DNA of 60,327 bases from a virus. Its lineage: Duplodnaviria; Caudoviricetes. A program made the translations under genes and the position numbers. Below the pieces are notes generated by a model, which saw only the letters and a program-made list of their open reading frames with translations, did not search any database and was not told the DNA's origin. This document shows positions 19,952 to 29,641 of the stretch, in pieces (position 1 is the stretch's first letter; every line of letters starts with the position of its first letter). The stretch covers positions 1 to 60,327 of IMG/VR virus record IMGVR_UViG_3300032053_000079; one strand, written 5' to 3'.

Positions 19952-21001
19952 ATAAAATTAGGCAGGATACCCAAGACTTTAGGCTTGGGAGGAATGCCGT
20001 GCTTCAGATTGCATAGCTTCCTGCTTAACCTCCATAACTCTTCTTCCTTTATAATCTTTAAATTCCATAAAATTATAATACCTTTTATTAATCCACCTTG
20101 CTAAATCAATTATCTTAGGATCTCGCTTCTTTGTAGAATTTCTGTTAAATTGCATTATAAATGGTTTAACTTTCAAATCAATAAGTTTCTTAGTTCTATA
20201 CATATCCTCTTCAAATGTAGAGTTAAATCCAACCAATACATAAATCATAATATTCTGTGGTTTTATACCAACAGAAATTAATTTATTAATTCCATTAGTT
20301 ACTAACTCTTCATCTTTGATATTATCCCATGCAAAATAAAGTCTTTTTGTTTTAAATTGGTCATCTTTATAATCTACCTTTGAAAGCATTTGTGCTTTTT
20401 CTTCTGTAATTAATCTTAAATCTAAACCTTGATTAAAGCAAACTTTAATCTTATTATCTATAAAATGTTGTAACTTCTCTTTCCAATTAGGAGAAGCTAA
20501 AAAATTATTGTCTAAGAGTAAAACTTTCTTTTGTTTAATCCAAGATATATCAACATCTTTCATAATCCCTTCTTTTTCTCTAACTATACAAAACTCACAA
20601 TTTCTTATACATCCTCTTGAAGTAAATCCAATAGAATAATCTAATCCAAATTTCTCATAATCTGGTGTAATTTCTTCTATTTCTTTTGGAAGTTCAGCTT
20701 TAATATCATATCCAGAACCTCCCATAAATATCTTAGAGCCAAACCAAAAGTCTGCTTTAATAGTTGAGAGGTCTACAAAGAAAGTCTCGTGTCCTTTTTC
20801 TTCATAAAACTTTGCTAACTTCATTAAAGCTAAGTTAGGCAATTTTCCATCTACTTGAATTAATCCAATCTTAGCCATAGAAATCTCCTATTTTTAATTG
20901 ACCTTTCAGCTCTTCTGAACATTCTCTTTCAATCTGTTTGTTTTTGTTTATTTCCATAGTTGTTAAGATACCCCATCATTTATGATGTGGGAGTATGTCA
21001 T
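19948..21001 (-). mobile_element. Non-autonomous IS200/IS605-like element with radical SAM cargo
   Basis: Two GC-rich subterminal hairpins with TAAA loops and shared CTCCCA...TAAA...GGGTATC (20967-20996 and 19961-19998); ATGA at both boundaries; no tnpA or tnpB. Confidence 0.7.
19979..20878 (-). CDS. Radical SAM protein
   Basis: FTSRGCIRNCEFC (CxxxCxxC), LLDNN and QGLD motifs; N-terminal PNLALMK. Confidence 0.9.
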   Translation of the reverse strand: MAKIGLIQVDGKLPNLALMKLAKFYEEKGHETFFVDLSTIKADFWFGSKIFMGGSGYDIKAELPKEIEEITPDYEKFGLDYSIGFTSRGCIRNCEFCIVREKEGIMKDVDISWIKQKKVLLLDNNFLASPNWKEKLQHFIDNKIKVCFNQGLDLRLITEEKAQMLSKVDYKDDQFKTKRLYFAWDNIKDEELVTNGINKLISVGIKPQNIMIYVLVGFNSTFEEDMYRTKKLIDLKVKPFIMQFNRNSTKKRDPKIIDLARWINKRYYNFMEFKDYKGRRVMEVKQEAMQSEARHSSQA

Positions 21002-21748
21002 TTTTACCTCCGATTTTAATCGTTTTGTATGTCTCCTTTTAAATAAATATCTATCATTATATTAGCAATAGTATCTTTATAGTTTCCTTCAAGTGCATTA
21101 ATTAATTTTTTAAATTCAGATTCTTTTATCCAAAAAGTCTTTAAAATTAGGTTTTTGTGCTTATTTTTTTCCATTTTTAACTCCTTCAAAAAATAATCTA
21201 TCTGATTCACTTATATTTAATTCTGTATTATAAAGAGTTTTTAATATAAATTTTATATAATCCAGATATTCTCTAGCGGATTTAATACAATCGGCTTCAA
21301 AAGTTAAATTAATATCTACATTAAAATTTATCATTTTTTAAACTCTCCAACTGATTAGTATAAAAACTGATTACTTCAAAACTGACTGAATTATCAAAAG
21401 TCTTAATTATTTCAGTTAATCTTTTAATTCTTTCTTTGTTACTTAATTGTTTTTTCATATTGTAAATCTTCTATTTCTAAATTTTTTATATCTTGACTTA
21501 AATTCATAATTTTCTTTAAATCTAAATTAAGAGTTTTCATATATTGTTTAAATTCTTTTTCACTTTTCTTTTTTCCTTCAAGTTTAATACTTTGAGATAA
21601 CTCATAAAAAAGTAAACTAAGTTTATGATATTTTTCGCTTAAATACTTAAATTTATTGCTTGTTCTTATATAGGTTAAATGTGAGTCCATTTTTTAAATT
21701 TTATATTTATTTCTAAGAATTATATCAAATTTGACTATATCAAGTCTG

Positions 21749-21810
21749 AACCTCATCAGTACCGATTAAATCGGTAGACATAAAAAAATAAATTAAATTA
21801 TGTTTCGGTT
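21749..21810 (-). ncRNA. Hammerhead ribozyme, type II
   Basis: Minus strand reads AACC-GAA-ACAUAA...UUAUGU-C-UACCGA-UUUAA-UCGGUA-CUGAUGA-GGUU: full core, three stems, GUC cleavage triplet. Confidence 0.9.
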
Positions 21811-22152
21811 TTATTCTTCTTTTATACCTTTTTCTTGTTCTGTTGCCCAGTCTTCAAGATCCTTTAAAGTTGTTTCGTTAGTTAGATTAAATTCTATTTC
21901 TGTACCATCATTTGAATTAGTCCATAAAGCAACTACATTACTTTTAACCAATTCGCAATTTATAGGCATATAAAGACTAAAATTATATTCTTCAGACCAA
22001 ATATAAGTATACCCACTATTCTTATTTACTGCAACCTCACCATAAGAGTCTGTGTTTATACCTAATTCTTCAGCAATTCCCATTAAAAAAACTGCTTTCT
22101 TTCTTTCCCAGTCACACATATCATTAAATTTAAATTCCATTATTCTAAACAA
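21811..22152 (-). CDS. Hypothetical early protein directly upstream of the hammerhead
   Basis: 113-aa ORF whose stop codon abuts ribozyme stem II. Confidence 0.6.
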   Translation of the reverse strand: MFRIMEFKFNDMCDWERKKAVFLMGIAEELGINTDSYGEVAVNKNSGYTYIWSEEYNFSLYMPINCELVKSNVVALWTNSNDGTEIEFNLTNETTLKDLEDWATEQEKGIKEE

Positions 22153-22506
22153 GCCTTTTTAAATTGGTTTTCATTAAATAAAGGATTCTGTGTTTTAAAA
22201 TAGTTACTTAAATCATTTATAAGTACCATTTGCCCAATAAAACCATTAATATCTTTTTGACTTTTGCTTATTATCTTAGCTATACTATTAAAATGTTGTT
22301 TTGTTAAACCTGCCATTATCAAAGCTTTACCTCCTTACAAAAATTATAATCTTCAATATTTAAATAAGAAATATCAGATAAACAAATGATTTCATAACGA
22401 CTTATAAAATACTTAGAATCTCCTTTTAAAAGAGTATATCCATTACCATAACCTATATTAACTATATAACCTCTATTTCTCATAAGCTTTTTAAATAAAT
22501 TAATTT

Positions 22507-23046
22507 TCATTTTGCTTTTAACTCCCTTTTATTAATCCAGTCAGGAGTATTTTTAATTTTAGATTCATAAATAAGCATTTCTTTAATTTTAGGCATTAAA
22601 ACAATATAAGAAGGATTTTTATTTAAATATTCCTGGAATATAAGCAAATCTTCATAATAACCAGATATATTAAATATTTTTTGCATAACATCTTTTTTTA
22701 TAGCTCCTTCAGGAGTTTTATAACATTCTATATAAAAACTATGTATAAAATCCCCATCTTCAAAACTATAAGGATAGTCCTTAGAATAACAATCTTTTTT
22801 TAACTCACTACATAAAACAAATGTTCCAGATAATAGGTTTTTAATCTTTTTAAGTTTTGCATTTAAATCATATAAATTGTTATTATTCTCTAGATTATCT
22901 TTTAATATCTTAAAAATACACTCAGATCCTATAATTCTATTATCATTTAAGATATAAAGGTTTTTTATTTTTCTATTACATAAACCACAATTAGATTTAT
23001 TATAGTCATCTGTATATTTAACATCAATAAGTTTTAAATCATTCAT
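22507..23046 (-). CDS. Hypothetical protein with CxxC...GSEC zinc motif
   Basis: CGLC...IGSECI. Confidence 0.55.
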   Translation of the reverse strand: MNDLKLIDVKYTDDYNKSNCGLCNRKIKNLYILNDNRIIGSECIFKILKDNLENNNNLYDLNAKLKKIKNLLSGTFVLCSELKKDCYSKDYPYSFEDGDFIHSFYIECYKTPEGAIKKDVMQKIFNISGYYEDLLIFQEYLNKNPSYIVLMPKIKEMLIYESKIKNTPDWINKRELKAK

Positions 23047-23507
23047 TTTAAACCGCCATAAGCACTTAATTTAATTAAATAAGGATATTCTTTAATTAAT
23101 CCTTTTATTAAAGATTCCATTTCTAAGGTTTTAGGATCTTGCTTAAATTCCTTTTTAGTATCAAATTCTTTAAAGTGGCTATAATAAAGCTCCATTAAAC
23201 CACTAAAAGAAGCATTAAGCATATTAAGACTTATATTTCTATTAAAGAATAAAGATAATTTATTTAACATTTTAACCTCATTAAATCATTAATAAATAGA
23301 TTATTTAAATTAAGATTAGTTATTAAAGTATTACTAAAAGGTTTTAAGTATTGATAGAAAGTTTTAGTTATCATTTTTTAGATTTAAGTAATTTAATTAG
23401 ATCTTTTAAGTTAATATTTGAAGCAGTACTTAAAACTTTTACTAATTTATCATTTTTGTATATATATATTCCTTGCTTAGTACTCCAGAGCTCTATAGTT
23501 AATTTAT

Positions 23508-23957
23508 TCATTTTATTTTATCGTTAAGTTTAGTTAATTCCTCATAGATTTTAAGGATCTTATCGTTTATTTCTCTTTCTAAGTTAGTTATTCTAACTTC
23601 TATATCAGTTATCCAAGAGTCTATATGGCCCTTTATTTCATTAGTAAGTTCTTTTTTATTTGTATATACTTGTTCTTGTAAGTTATTTATTACTTCTTGT
23701 TTAAGGTCATTTAATTCTTTAGTTGCTGTAGAAATATCTAAATCTGAACGATTACTTAACGATTGCTTAACGTTCAGATTTTCTGAATTATTAAAGATTT
23801 GTTCTATTTCTTTTATATCTTTCTTAGGTTTTACCTTACCTTTTAGATAATTATGAACAGTAGCTTTACTTATTTCTATTGATTTAGCTATTTCTGAATA
23901 ACTAAAACCTTCTCCATATAGTTTTTCTATTTTATCTTGTTGTTCTTTATTTAGCAT
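23508..23957 (-). CDS. HTH plus coiled-coil regulator
   Basis: LYGEGFSYSEIAKSIEISKATVHNYL. Confidence 0.75.
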   Translation of the reverse strand: MLNKEQQDKIEKLYGEGFSYSEIAKSIEISKATVHNYLKGKVKPKKDIKEIEQIFNNSENLNVKQSLSNRSDLDISTATKELNDLKQEVINNLQEQVYTNKKELTNEIKGHIDSWITDIEVRITNLEREINDKILKIYEELTKLNDKIK

Positions 23958-24229
23958 ATTATTATTAATTATATGTTATTTATATAGTTTTCTATTTGTT
24001 TATTGATTTCTTTATGTTTATCTTTTAGTAATATGTCAGTAATAGCCTGATCTGTACTATCTTGTGATACTAAATAGTCATTAGTAATAAGACTATCTGC
24101 TAGTATTTCTTTATCTTGGTGCAGCTGTGCAAGTCCTAGACTACATAAGGATCTTACTAATAAATTATTACTGATTCCTACATTACTTATTAATGTAAGT
24201 TCTACATAATTTTTATATATTGTTATCAT

Positions 24230-24766
24230 TGTGTACCTTATTTTTATATAATTATTATAGTAATTATTAGTATATAAATCTTTCTATTGTATATAAGTAA
24301 TTATATGTATATAAAAATTCTATGTAATCTATATATAATAAGTATATAAAGATATGTATTGTCTATTATATAGTTATTATATAACACATATATTTATATA
24401 GTTATTATATGTATATTATAGAAAAATTATATACTTTCACGATCGGAAAAATAGGAATGGTGTATAGTGAGTTTCACTTTTTAGAATGTTAAATTTTTAA
24501 AAATCGATATTGGATTTCACTTTTTAGGATATAGTAATTTTAAAAAAGGAAAGTATATCGGTATCTATACAGATAGTCTTATGTAATATTGATTGTAGTA
24601 TTGTTGTATTATAATATCTTTTCTTATTACTATTTATTTATGATAAGTATTTCACTGATTGATATTAGTAGCATATTTTGATTTGAAAAATTAGGTTATA
24701 AATTTCTATAAAAAGTATATAGTAGAGTATAGTAATATTTATATAGTAGTGTTATATAATATTTAT
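24230..24766. promoter_or_regulatory. Divergent control region, candidate origin or packaging site
   Basis: Long non-coding stretch at the strand switch; nearly pure AT at 24240-24430; BRE/TATA on minus (24271-24284) and plus (about 24735-24745); repeats TTTCACTTTTTAG at 24472 and 24515. Confidence 0.6.
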
Positions 24767-25411
24767 ATGATACAAGATATGCCTAAATTAGAAAGTCCTT
24801 TCGTTAGAAAATTAAATAACAAAAATGAATATTTAGTCACACCAGAAATTACTAAAGGATGTGAGTGGGTTTTTGAAGGAAATGAAGATGAAGTTCTAGC
24901 AACTGAAAAGTTAGATGGAACTGATGTTAGTATTGTAATAGAAAATGGAATGATAAATTCTATCTGGAATAGGACTAATAGAATACCATTCTTTTGCAAA
25001 GGCAAAATGTTTATTGTTCAGGCTGTTATAGAAGCATTTGAAAGAGGGTATACAGAATTACCAGACGGACAATGGTTTGGGGAAGTTATTGGCGAGAAAT
25101 TAAATAAAAACCCATTAGAAATTAAAGGTCATGTTTGGATTCCTTTTAATACATATTGTAGAAATCATTTAGCTTATAAGTCTTGGCATAAATATCCTAA
25201 AACCTATGAAAACATAAAAAAGTGGTTTTTAGATGATATTAAAGAAGGTGGTATTTTTAGTTTGTTAATGAAGAAAAAAGGAATTGATAAAAAGCCAGAA
25301 GGAATAGTTTTTCATAATTTAAAAACAGGACAAATGGCTAAATTAAGAATAGATATGTTTGATGATTTTAAAGGTTACAGGCATAAAGAAAAGGAGAAAA
25401 ATGAAAATTAA
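24767..25411 (+). CDS. ATP-dependent RNA ligase-like nucleotidyltransferase
   Basis: Motif I TEKLDGT, motif III FGE, motif IV PEGIVF, motif V MAK; no OB domain. Confidence 0.75.
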   Translation: MIQDMPKLESPFVRKLNNKNEYLVTPEITKGCEWVFEGNEDEVLATEKLDGTDVSIVIENGMINSIWNRTNRIPFFCKGKMFIVQAVIEAFERGYTELPDGQWFGEVIGEKLNKNPLEIKGHVWIPFNTYCRNHLAYKSWHKYPKTYENIKKWFLDDIKEGGIFSLLMKKKGIDKKPEGIVFHNLKTGQMAKLRIDMFDDFKGYRHKEKEKNEN

Positions 25412-25649
25412 TTATATTTGGTTTTTAGTAACTGTTTTGACTTTAGTCTTTGTAATAGGAAAAGTCTTTGGTTATCTTAATTGGTCTTGGTGGTTAGTCT
25501 TTCTTCCATTAATTTTACTAGGAGTTTTTATATTACTTATTTTAATGTTTGTATTAATTGTTTTTGGAATAAGTTTATTAATGATCTTGATAGGAGGTAA
25601 AAATGTCATTTGCAGAAGCAACAGAAGTTTTAAAAGAAAAAGAAATTAG
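25401..25649 (+). CDS. Small membrane protein (WSWWLV type)
   Basis: Two hydrophobic helices separated by LNWSWWLVFLP. Confidence 0.65.
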   Translation: MKINYIWFLVTVLTLVFVIGKVFGYLNWSWWLVFLPLILLGVFILLILMFVLIVFGISLLMILIGGKNVICRSNRSFKRKRN

Positions 25650-25794
25650 CTTTTTAGACTTTATTAATTACTTAAAAGCACATAAGATTGAAATACTTGA
25701 AAAAGAAATCAAAGCTCAGAAAGTATCAGGTGCTATTTATGTTAACAAAAAATTCATAGGCAAGAAAGTAATAGTCTTAATAAATAACGAGTAA
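25603..25794 (+). CDS. DUF2080-like/AbrB-like small protein
   Basis: SGAIYVNKKFIGKKVIVLI resembles this archaeal family; SD GGAGGT. Confidence 0.55.
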   Translation: MSFAEATEVLKEKEISFLDFINYLKAHKIEILEKEIKAQKVSGAIYVNKKFIGKKVIVLINNE

Positions 25795-25801
25795 TTCTGA
25801 A

Positions 25802-26932
25802 ATGGAAATTAAAGAGTTATCTGAAATAAAACTATTTGAAATGTTTGCAGGATATGGTGGAGGAAGTTTTGCTTTGAAAAAAGCCAACATTCCTTTTGAA
25901 TTAGTTGGATATAGTGAGATTGATAAATTTGCTATCAAATGTTTTGAACAAAATCATAAAGGAAATAATTATGGAGATTGTAAACTAATTAATCCAAATG
26001 ACTTACCAGACTTTAATTTATTGACTGGAGGTTTTCCTTGTCAAGATGTATCTATTGCAGGTAATAGGAATTTATCAAAAGGAAGAACTAATTTATATAA
26101 AGAGATTATAAGAATTGCTGAAGTAAAAAAACCAAAATATATGTTATTAGAGAATGTTAAAGGATTGTTAAGTATGGGAAAAGAAAGGAAACTAGTCAAT
26201 ATAATTGTTTCTGACTTGCAAAGAATAGGTTATGGTGTTTGTTGGAAAGTATTAAATTCAAAAGATTATGGAATACCTCAAAATCGTGAAAGAGTATGGT
26301 TTGTTTGTAAATATGGTGGTTGGAAATTTGGAGAATTTTCATTTCCTAATAAAGAAGAGTTAAAACTTAAATTAGGAGATATACTAGAAGATAATGTAGA
26401 TAAAAAATATTACCTAACTGAAAAGACTATCAAAATGTTTTTGAAACATAGGGTTAGACAAATAGAAAAGAAAAATGGATTTTTCTTTTCTCCAAAAACT
26501 GTTGATTCTATTTCTAATTCACTTACAACTAAAGAGGGTAGTCGTGCAACAGATAATTTTATATTACAGAATAAATATTCTGAAAATCGGATTTTCAGAA
26601 TATCTCCTACAATTACTTCAACAGAAAGTAAAACAACATATTTAGTTCATTCATTATTTCCTAGAACTGGAAATCCTAAACAAGGTGGAACAGGACATTT
26701 ATATAAAGATGATGGAACTTCTTATTGTTTAGATACTGGAAATTGTTTAACTCAATTGCTTGACAATTTCCAGTTTCGTAGATTAACTCCTAAAGAATGT
26801 TTTAGGTTAATGGGTTTCTTAAATGATGAAATTGACTTAACAGGACTAAGTGATAATCAATTATATAAATTAGTAGGTAATGGTTGGGAAATAAATTTAG
26901 TAAGTAAAATATTTAAGGAGATGTTTAAATGA
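25802..26932 (+). CDS. dcm: DNA (cytosine-5) methyltransferase
   Basis: Motif I FAGYGG, IV GFPCQ, VI ENV, VIII QNRER, IX RRLTPKEC, X GNG. Confidence 0.95.
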   Translation: MEIKELSEIKLFEMFAGYGGGSFALKKANIPFELVGYSEIDKFAIKCFEQNHKGNNYGDCKLINPNDLPDFNLLTGGFPCQDVSIAGNRNLSKGRTNLYKEIIRIAEVKKPKYMLLENVKGLLSMGKERKLVNIIVSDLQRIGYGVCWKVLNSKDYGIPQNRERVWFVCKYGGWKFGEFSFPNKEELKLKLGDILEDNVDKKYYLTEKTIKMFLKHRVRQIEKKNGFFFSPKTVDSISNSLTTKEGSRATDNFILQNKYSENRIFRISPTITSTESKTTYLVHSLFPRTGNPKQGGTGHLYKDDGTSYCLDTGNCLTQLLDNFQFRRLTPKECFRLMGFLNDEIDLTGLSDNQLYKLVGNGWEINLVSKIFKEMFK

Positions 26933-27069
26933 AAAAGAAATGTCCTCATTGTAATAGTACCAAATTTAAAAAGAATTTAGATAATAATTCATGGGTCTGC
27001 TCTAGATGTGGTTATATTAATGATTTAAATAAATTACCTCAATTTGTAACATGGGAAAAGAAGAATTAG
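26929..27069 (+). CDS. Zinc-ribbon protein (46 aa)
   Basis: Translated by hand: MKKKCPHCNS...WVCSRCGY. Confidence 0.65.
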   Translation: MKKKCPHCNSTKFKKNLDNNSWVCSRCGYINDLNKLPQFVTWEKKN

Positions 27070-27184
27070 AAATACTTAAAAAAGAATATAAAAAGAACAC
27101 TGCTATATTATTTATTAACTTTAAAGAAAAATTAGATAAATTAACAAGTGAATTTATTTATGAATTAAATAAAATAAAAGATAG

Positions 27185-28630
27185 ATGAGAAAAAAATCTG
27201 ATATACTAAATGGTGGGAACGAAATTGCTTTTACAAATAGATGTATCTTTGATTTTGCTTTTTTCTGTGAAAGAGTACTAGGATACACAATTAAGCCATT
27301 TCATAAAGAATGGTGTGAATTACTTAGAAAACATAGTAGAATACAAATCTTTGCTCCGACCGGATTTGGCAAGACTTGGATTTTTGGAATTGGTTATCCG
27401 ATTTGGTTAAGTATATTCAAACCAGGTTCTGAATCAGTAATACTTTCTAAAGTAGTCAAAGGTCAATCTAGTACAATAGTAGAAGAAATAAAATTCAGGA
27501 TAGAAGATAATGAATACCTTACTGAACATCTTAAACCGATTGGAAACGATAAAACTACTTGGACTAAAGATAAAATTGTTTGTTCTAATAATTCAAAAAT
27601 TTATAATGTTCCTTACTCTATGAGTATAAGAGGTCGGCATCCTGACTACATTTTCGGTGATGAGGTATCTAGTTATATTGATAAGTCAGACCATTATCAA
27701 ATTTGGTTTAGAGATGTAGAATCTAGAGTAGATGACGCAAAGCATGGAAAAATTGCAGCAGTTACTACTCCAATAGATCCTGGAGACTTAGGAGTCTTGC
27801 TTTATAATAATCCAAAGTATGTAAGTAAAAAATATCCAGCAATCGTAAATTTTCAAAATAATGATTATACGACTGGTACTTCTATCTGGGAAGAAAGATT
27901 TTCTATTAGTAAATTAATGGATATTAGAGAAAGACAAGGATATGCTAACTTTGAAAGGAATTATATGGTAAATTCTGAAGCAGATGTAGAAGGTTCTATT
28001 TTTAAAACAAAGTATCTATTTGATTTACTTGATTCTACTAGAACATTTACTACAAAATTAACAGATGATAATTCGATAGTTATGATAGGAGCAGATTTTG
28101 CTTTATCTGACGGTCCTCATGCAGATTTTGATGCTTATGCAGTTGTAGAAAAATGTCCTAATGGTAAAATGGTTTTACTTCATTTAGAAAAAAATCATGG
28201 AACTTCGATTGAAGATAAACTAAAAAGACTATACGAACTAGGTAAAATGTATAATCCTTATTGTTTTATTGTAGATAAGTCAAATGTAGGCAACGATATT
28301 GCAATTAAATTAATTCAGGCAGGATATTCAGCAGAAGCCATACCATTTGGACCTAGTTCAAGAGGATTGGTTTTAGGTACTTTAAAGAGTGCAGTAGAAA
28401 ATAAATTATTAATTATACCATATTCAAAAGAATGTATTGAAGAACAATGGTTAATAAATGAACTATTCGAACAAATGATTGGATTCAAAGAAGATAAAAC
28501 AGAAAAGACAAGAATTACTACAATAATAAGTAGGAGTTTGCATGATGATTGTGCAATCGCTTTAGCTTTAGCAGTTAAAGGTGCAGTAGAACAAGATATA
28601 GGAGGAGGAGAAAAACTTCTTAGTGCCTAA
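27185..28630 (+). CDS. terL: Terminase large subunit
   Basis: Walker A APTGFGKT, Walker B YIFGDE, nuclease GADFA and HDD; upstream of portal. Confidence 0.93.
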   Translation: MRKKSDILNGGNEIAFTNRCIFDFAFFCERVLGYTIKPFHKEWCELLRKHSRIQIFAPTGFGKTWIFGIGYPIWLSIFKPGSESVILSKVVKGQSSTIVEEIKFRIEDNEYLTEHLKPIGNDKTTWTKDKIVCSNNSKIYNVPYSMSIRGRHPDYIFGDEVSSYIDKSDHYQIWFRDVESRVDDAKHGKIAAVTTPIDPGDLGVLLYNNPKYVSKKYPAIVNFQNNDYTTGTSIWEERFSISKLMDIRERQGYANFERNYMVNSEADVEGSIFKTKYLFDLLDSTRTFTTKLTDDNSIVMIGADFALSDGPHADFDAYAVVEKCPNGKMVLLHLEKNHGTSIEDKLKRLYELGKMYNPYCFIVDKSNVGNDIAIKLIQAGYSAEAIPFGPSSRGLVLGTLKSAVENKLLIIPYSKECIEEQWLINELFEQMIGFKEDKTEKTRITTIISRSLHDDCAIALALAVKGAVEQDIGGGEKLLSA

Positions 28631-28911
28631 TGTGTAAATTCAATCCTAAAAATGATGGTAGGTTTATTGATCCATGTATGAAAAAAGAAATAGAAAAATT
28701 GAATAAAAGAGGAATAGTAACTCTTGCTTGTTGTTGTGGACATGGCAAATATCCTAAAACTATTGTAGCAAAACATAACTTGAATGGTATACCTTATGAA
28801 AGAGGTATAAAAGAATATTTACCAAGAAAAAAGAAGTTTTACAAGAAAGATAAACAAGGATATTATTATATTCCAGAAGTCATGAAACAGAATAAGGTTT
28901 TGCTTTTTTAA
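28630..28911 (+). CDS. Hypothetical protein with CCCGH motif
   Basis: IDPCM...TLACCCGHGK. Confidence 0.6.
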   Translation: MCKFNPKNDGRFIDPCMKKEIEKLNKRGIVTLACCCGHGKYPKTIVAKHNLNGIPYERGIKEYLPRKKKFYKKDKQGYYYIPEVMKQNKVLLF

Positions 28912-29146
28912 AAGAGAATACAGTAGGATTCTTTTTTCTTGTTCTATCTTCCCAGCCAATCTTCTTTAGTATACTTTCATAATTAACTACACATTTTTCC
29001 ATTTGTTCTTTTTTAAGTTTAACAGATTCTTCGTCTTTCTTATTTTCTAATATCCATTTAGTCTGCCTTAGTTTTCTATCTATTATCCAACCAAATGATA
29101 TTTTAAGTGTATCTGCTTCTTCTTGTGTAAGAATAATATCGGTCAT
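28880..29146 (-). CDS. Hypothetical protein on the opposite strand within the packaging module
   Basis: 88-aa ORF with TATA-like sequence in the divergent gap 29147-29196. Confidence 0.5.
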   Translation of the reverse strand: MTDIILTQEEADTLKISFGWIIDRKLRQTKWILENKKDEESVKLKKEQMEKCVVNYESILKKIGWEDRTRKKNPTVFSFKKAKPYSVS

Positions 29147-29196
29147 AAAGTATTTAAAACAATAACATTTATATATTTATCTATATTATATTATTT

Positions 29197-29535
29197 ATGG
29201 CAAATGAAGATAAACCTATTCTAACTGCACAAAAAGTGCAAAAAAAAGAGCATAAAATAAAAGACTTCTTTATTAGACTAAGAAACTCTATTAGAAATAA
29301 AAAGAATGTTACTAAGAATAAAGTAATTAAGTCATTTAGTTTTTTAAAGAAAGATTCAATTAAACAATTAATTTTTCATAGTGTCTTTTATGGATTGATT
29401 ATTAACTACTCTTTCTGGATTATTTTTAAGTTACCATTTTATTGGTATGGATTTCCTGCTTATGGAATAGTACTTTATTTAATTAAATCAGAAATATTAC
29501 AAATTTGGAGAGACCTTTGGTTTAGAACAGAATGA
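29197..29535 (+). CDS. Membrane protein with basic N-terminus
   Basis: Two C-terminal hydrophobic helices. Confidence 0.6.
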   Translation: MANEDKPILTAQKVQKKEHKIKDFFIRLRNSIRNKKNVTKNKVIKSFSFLKKDSIKQLIFHSVFYGLIINYSFWIIFKLPFYWYGFPAYGIVLYLIKSEILQIWRDLWFRTE

Positions 29536-29641
29536 TAGAAATATGTGAAAATTCACTTGGAAGATTACTACAAGGATTAGTAGAAGGAATAACTTTAGCA
29601 TTAGTAATTTATATTACATGGAAAATCAAGAGGATTAAAAA

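Noticed and set aside
24430-24560. Mini CRISPR array
   Set aside because: The repeats are only 6-13 bp, too short for CRISPR repeats, and there are no cas genes.
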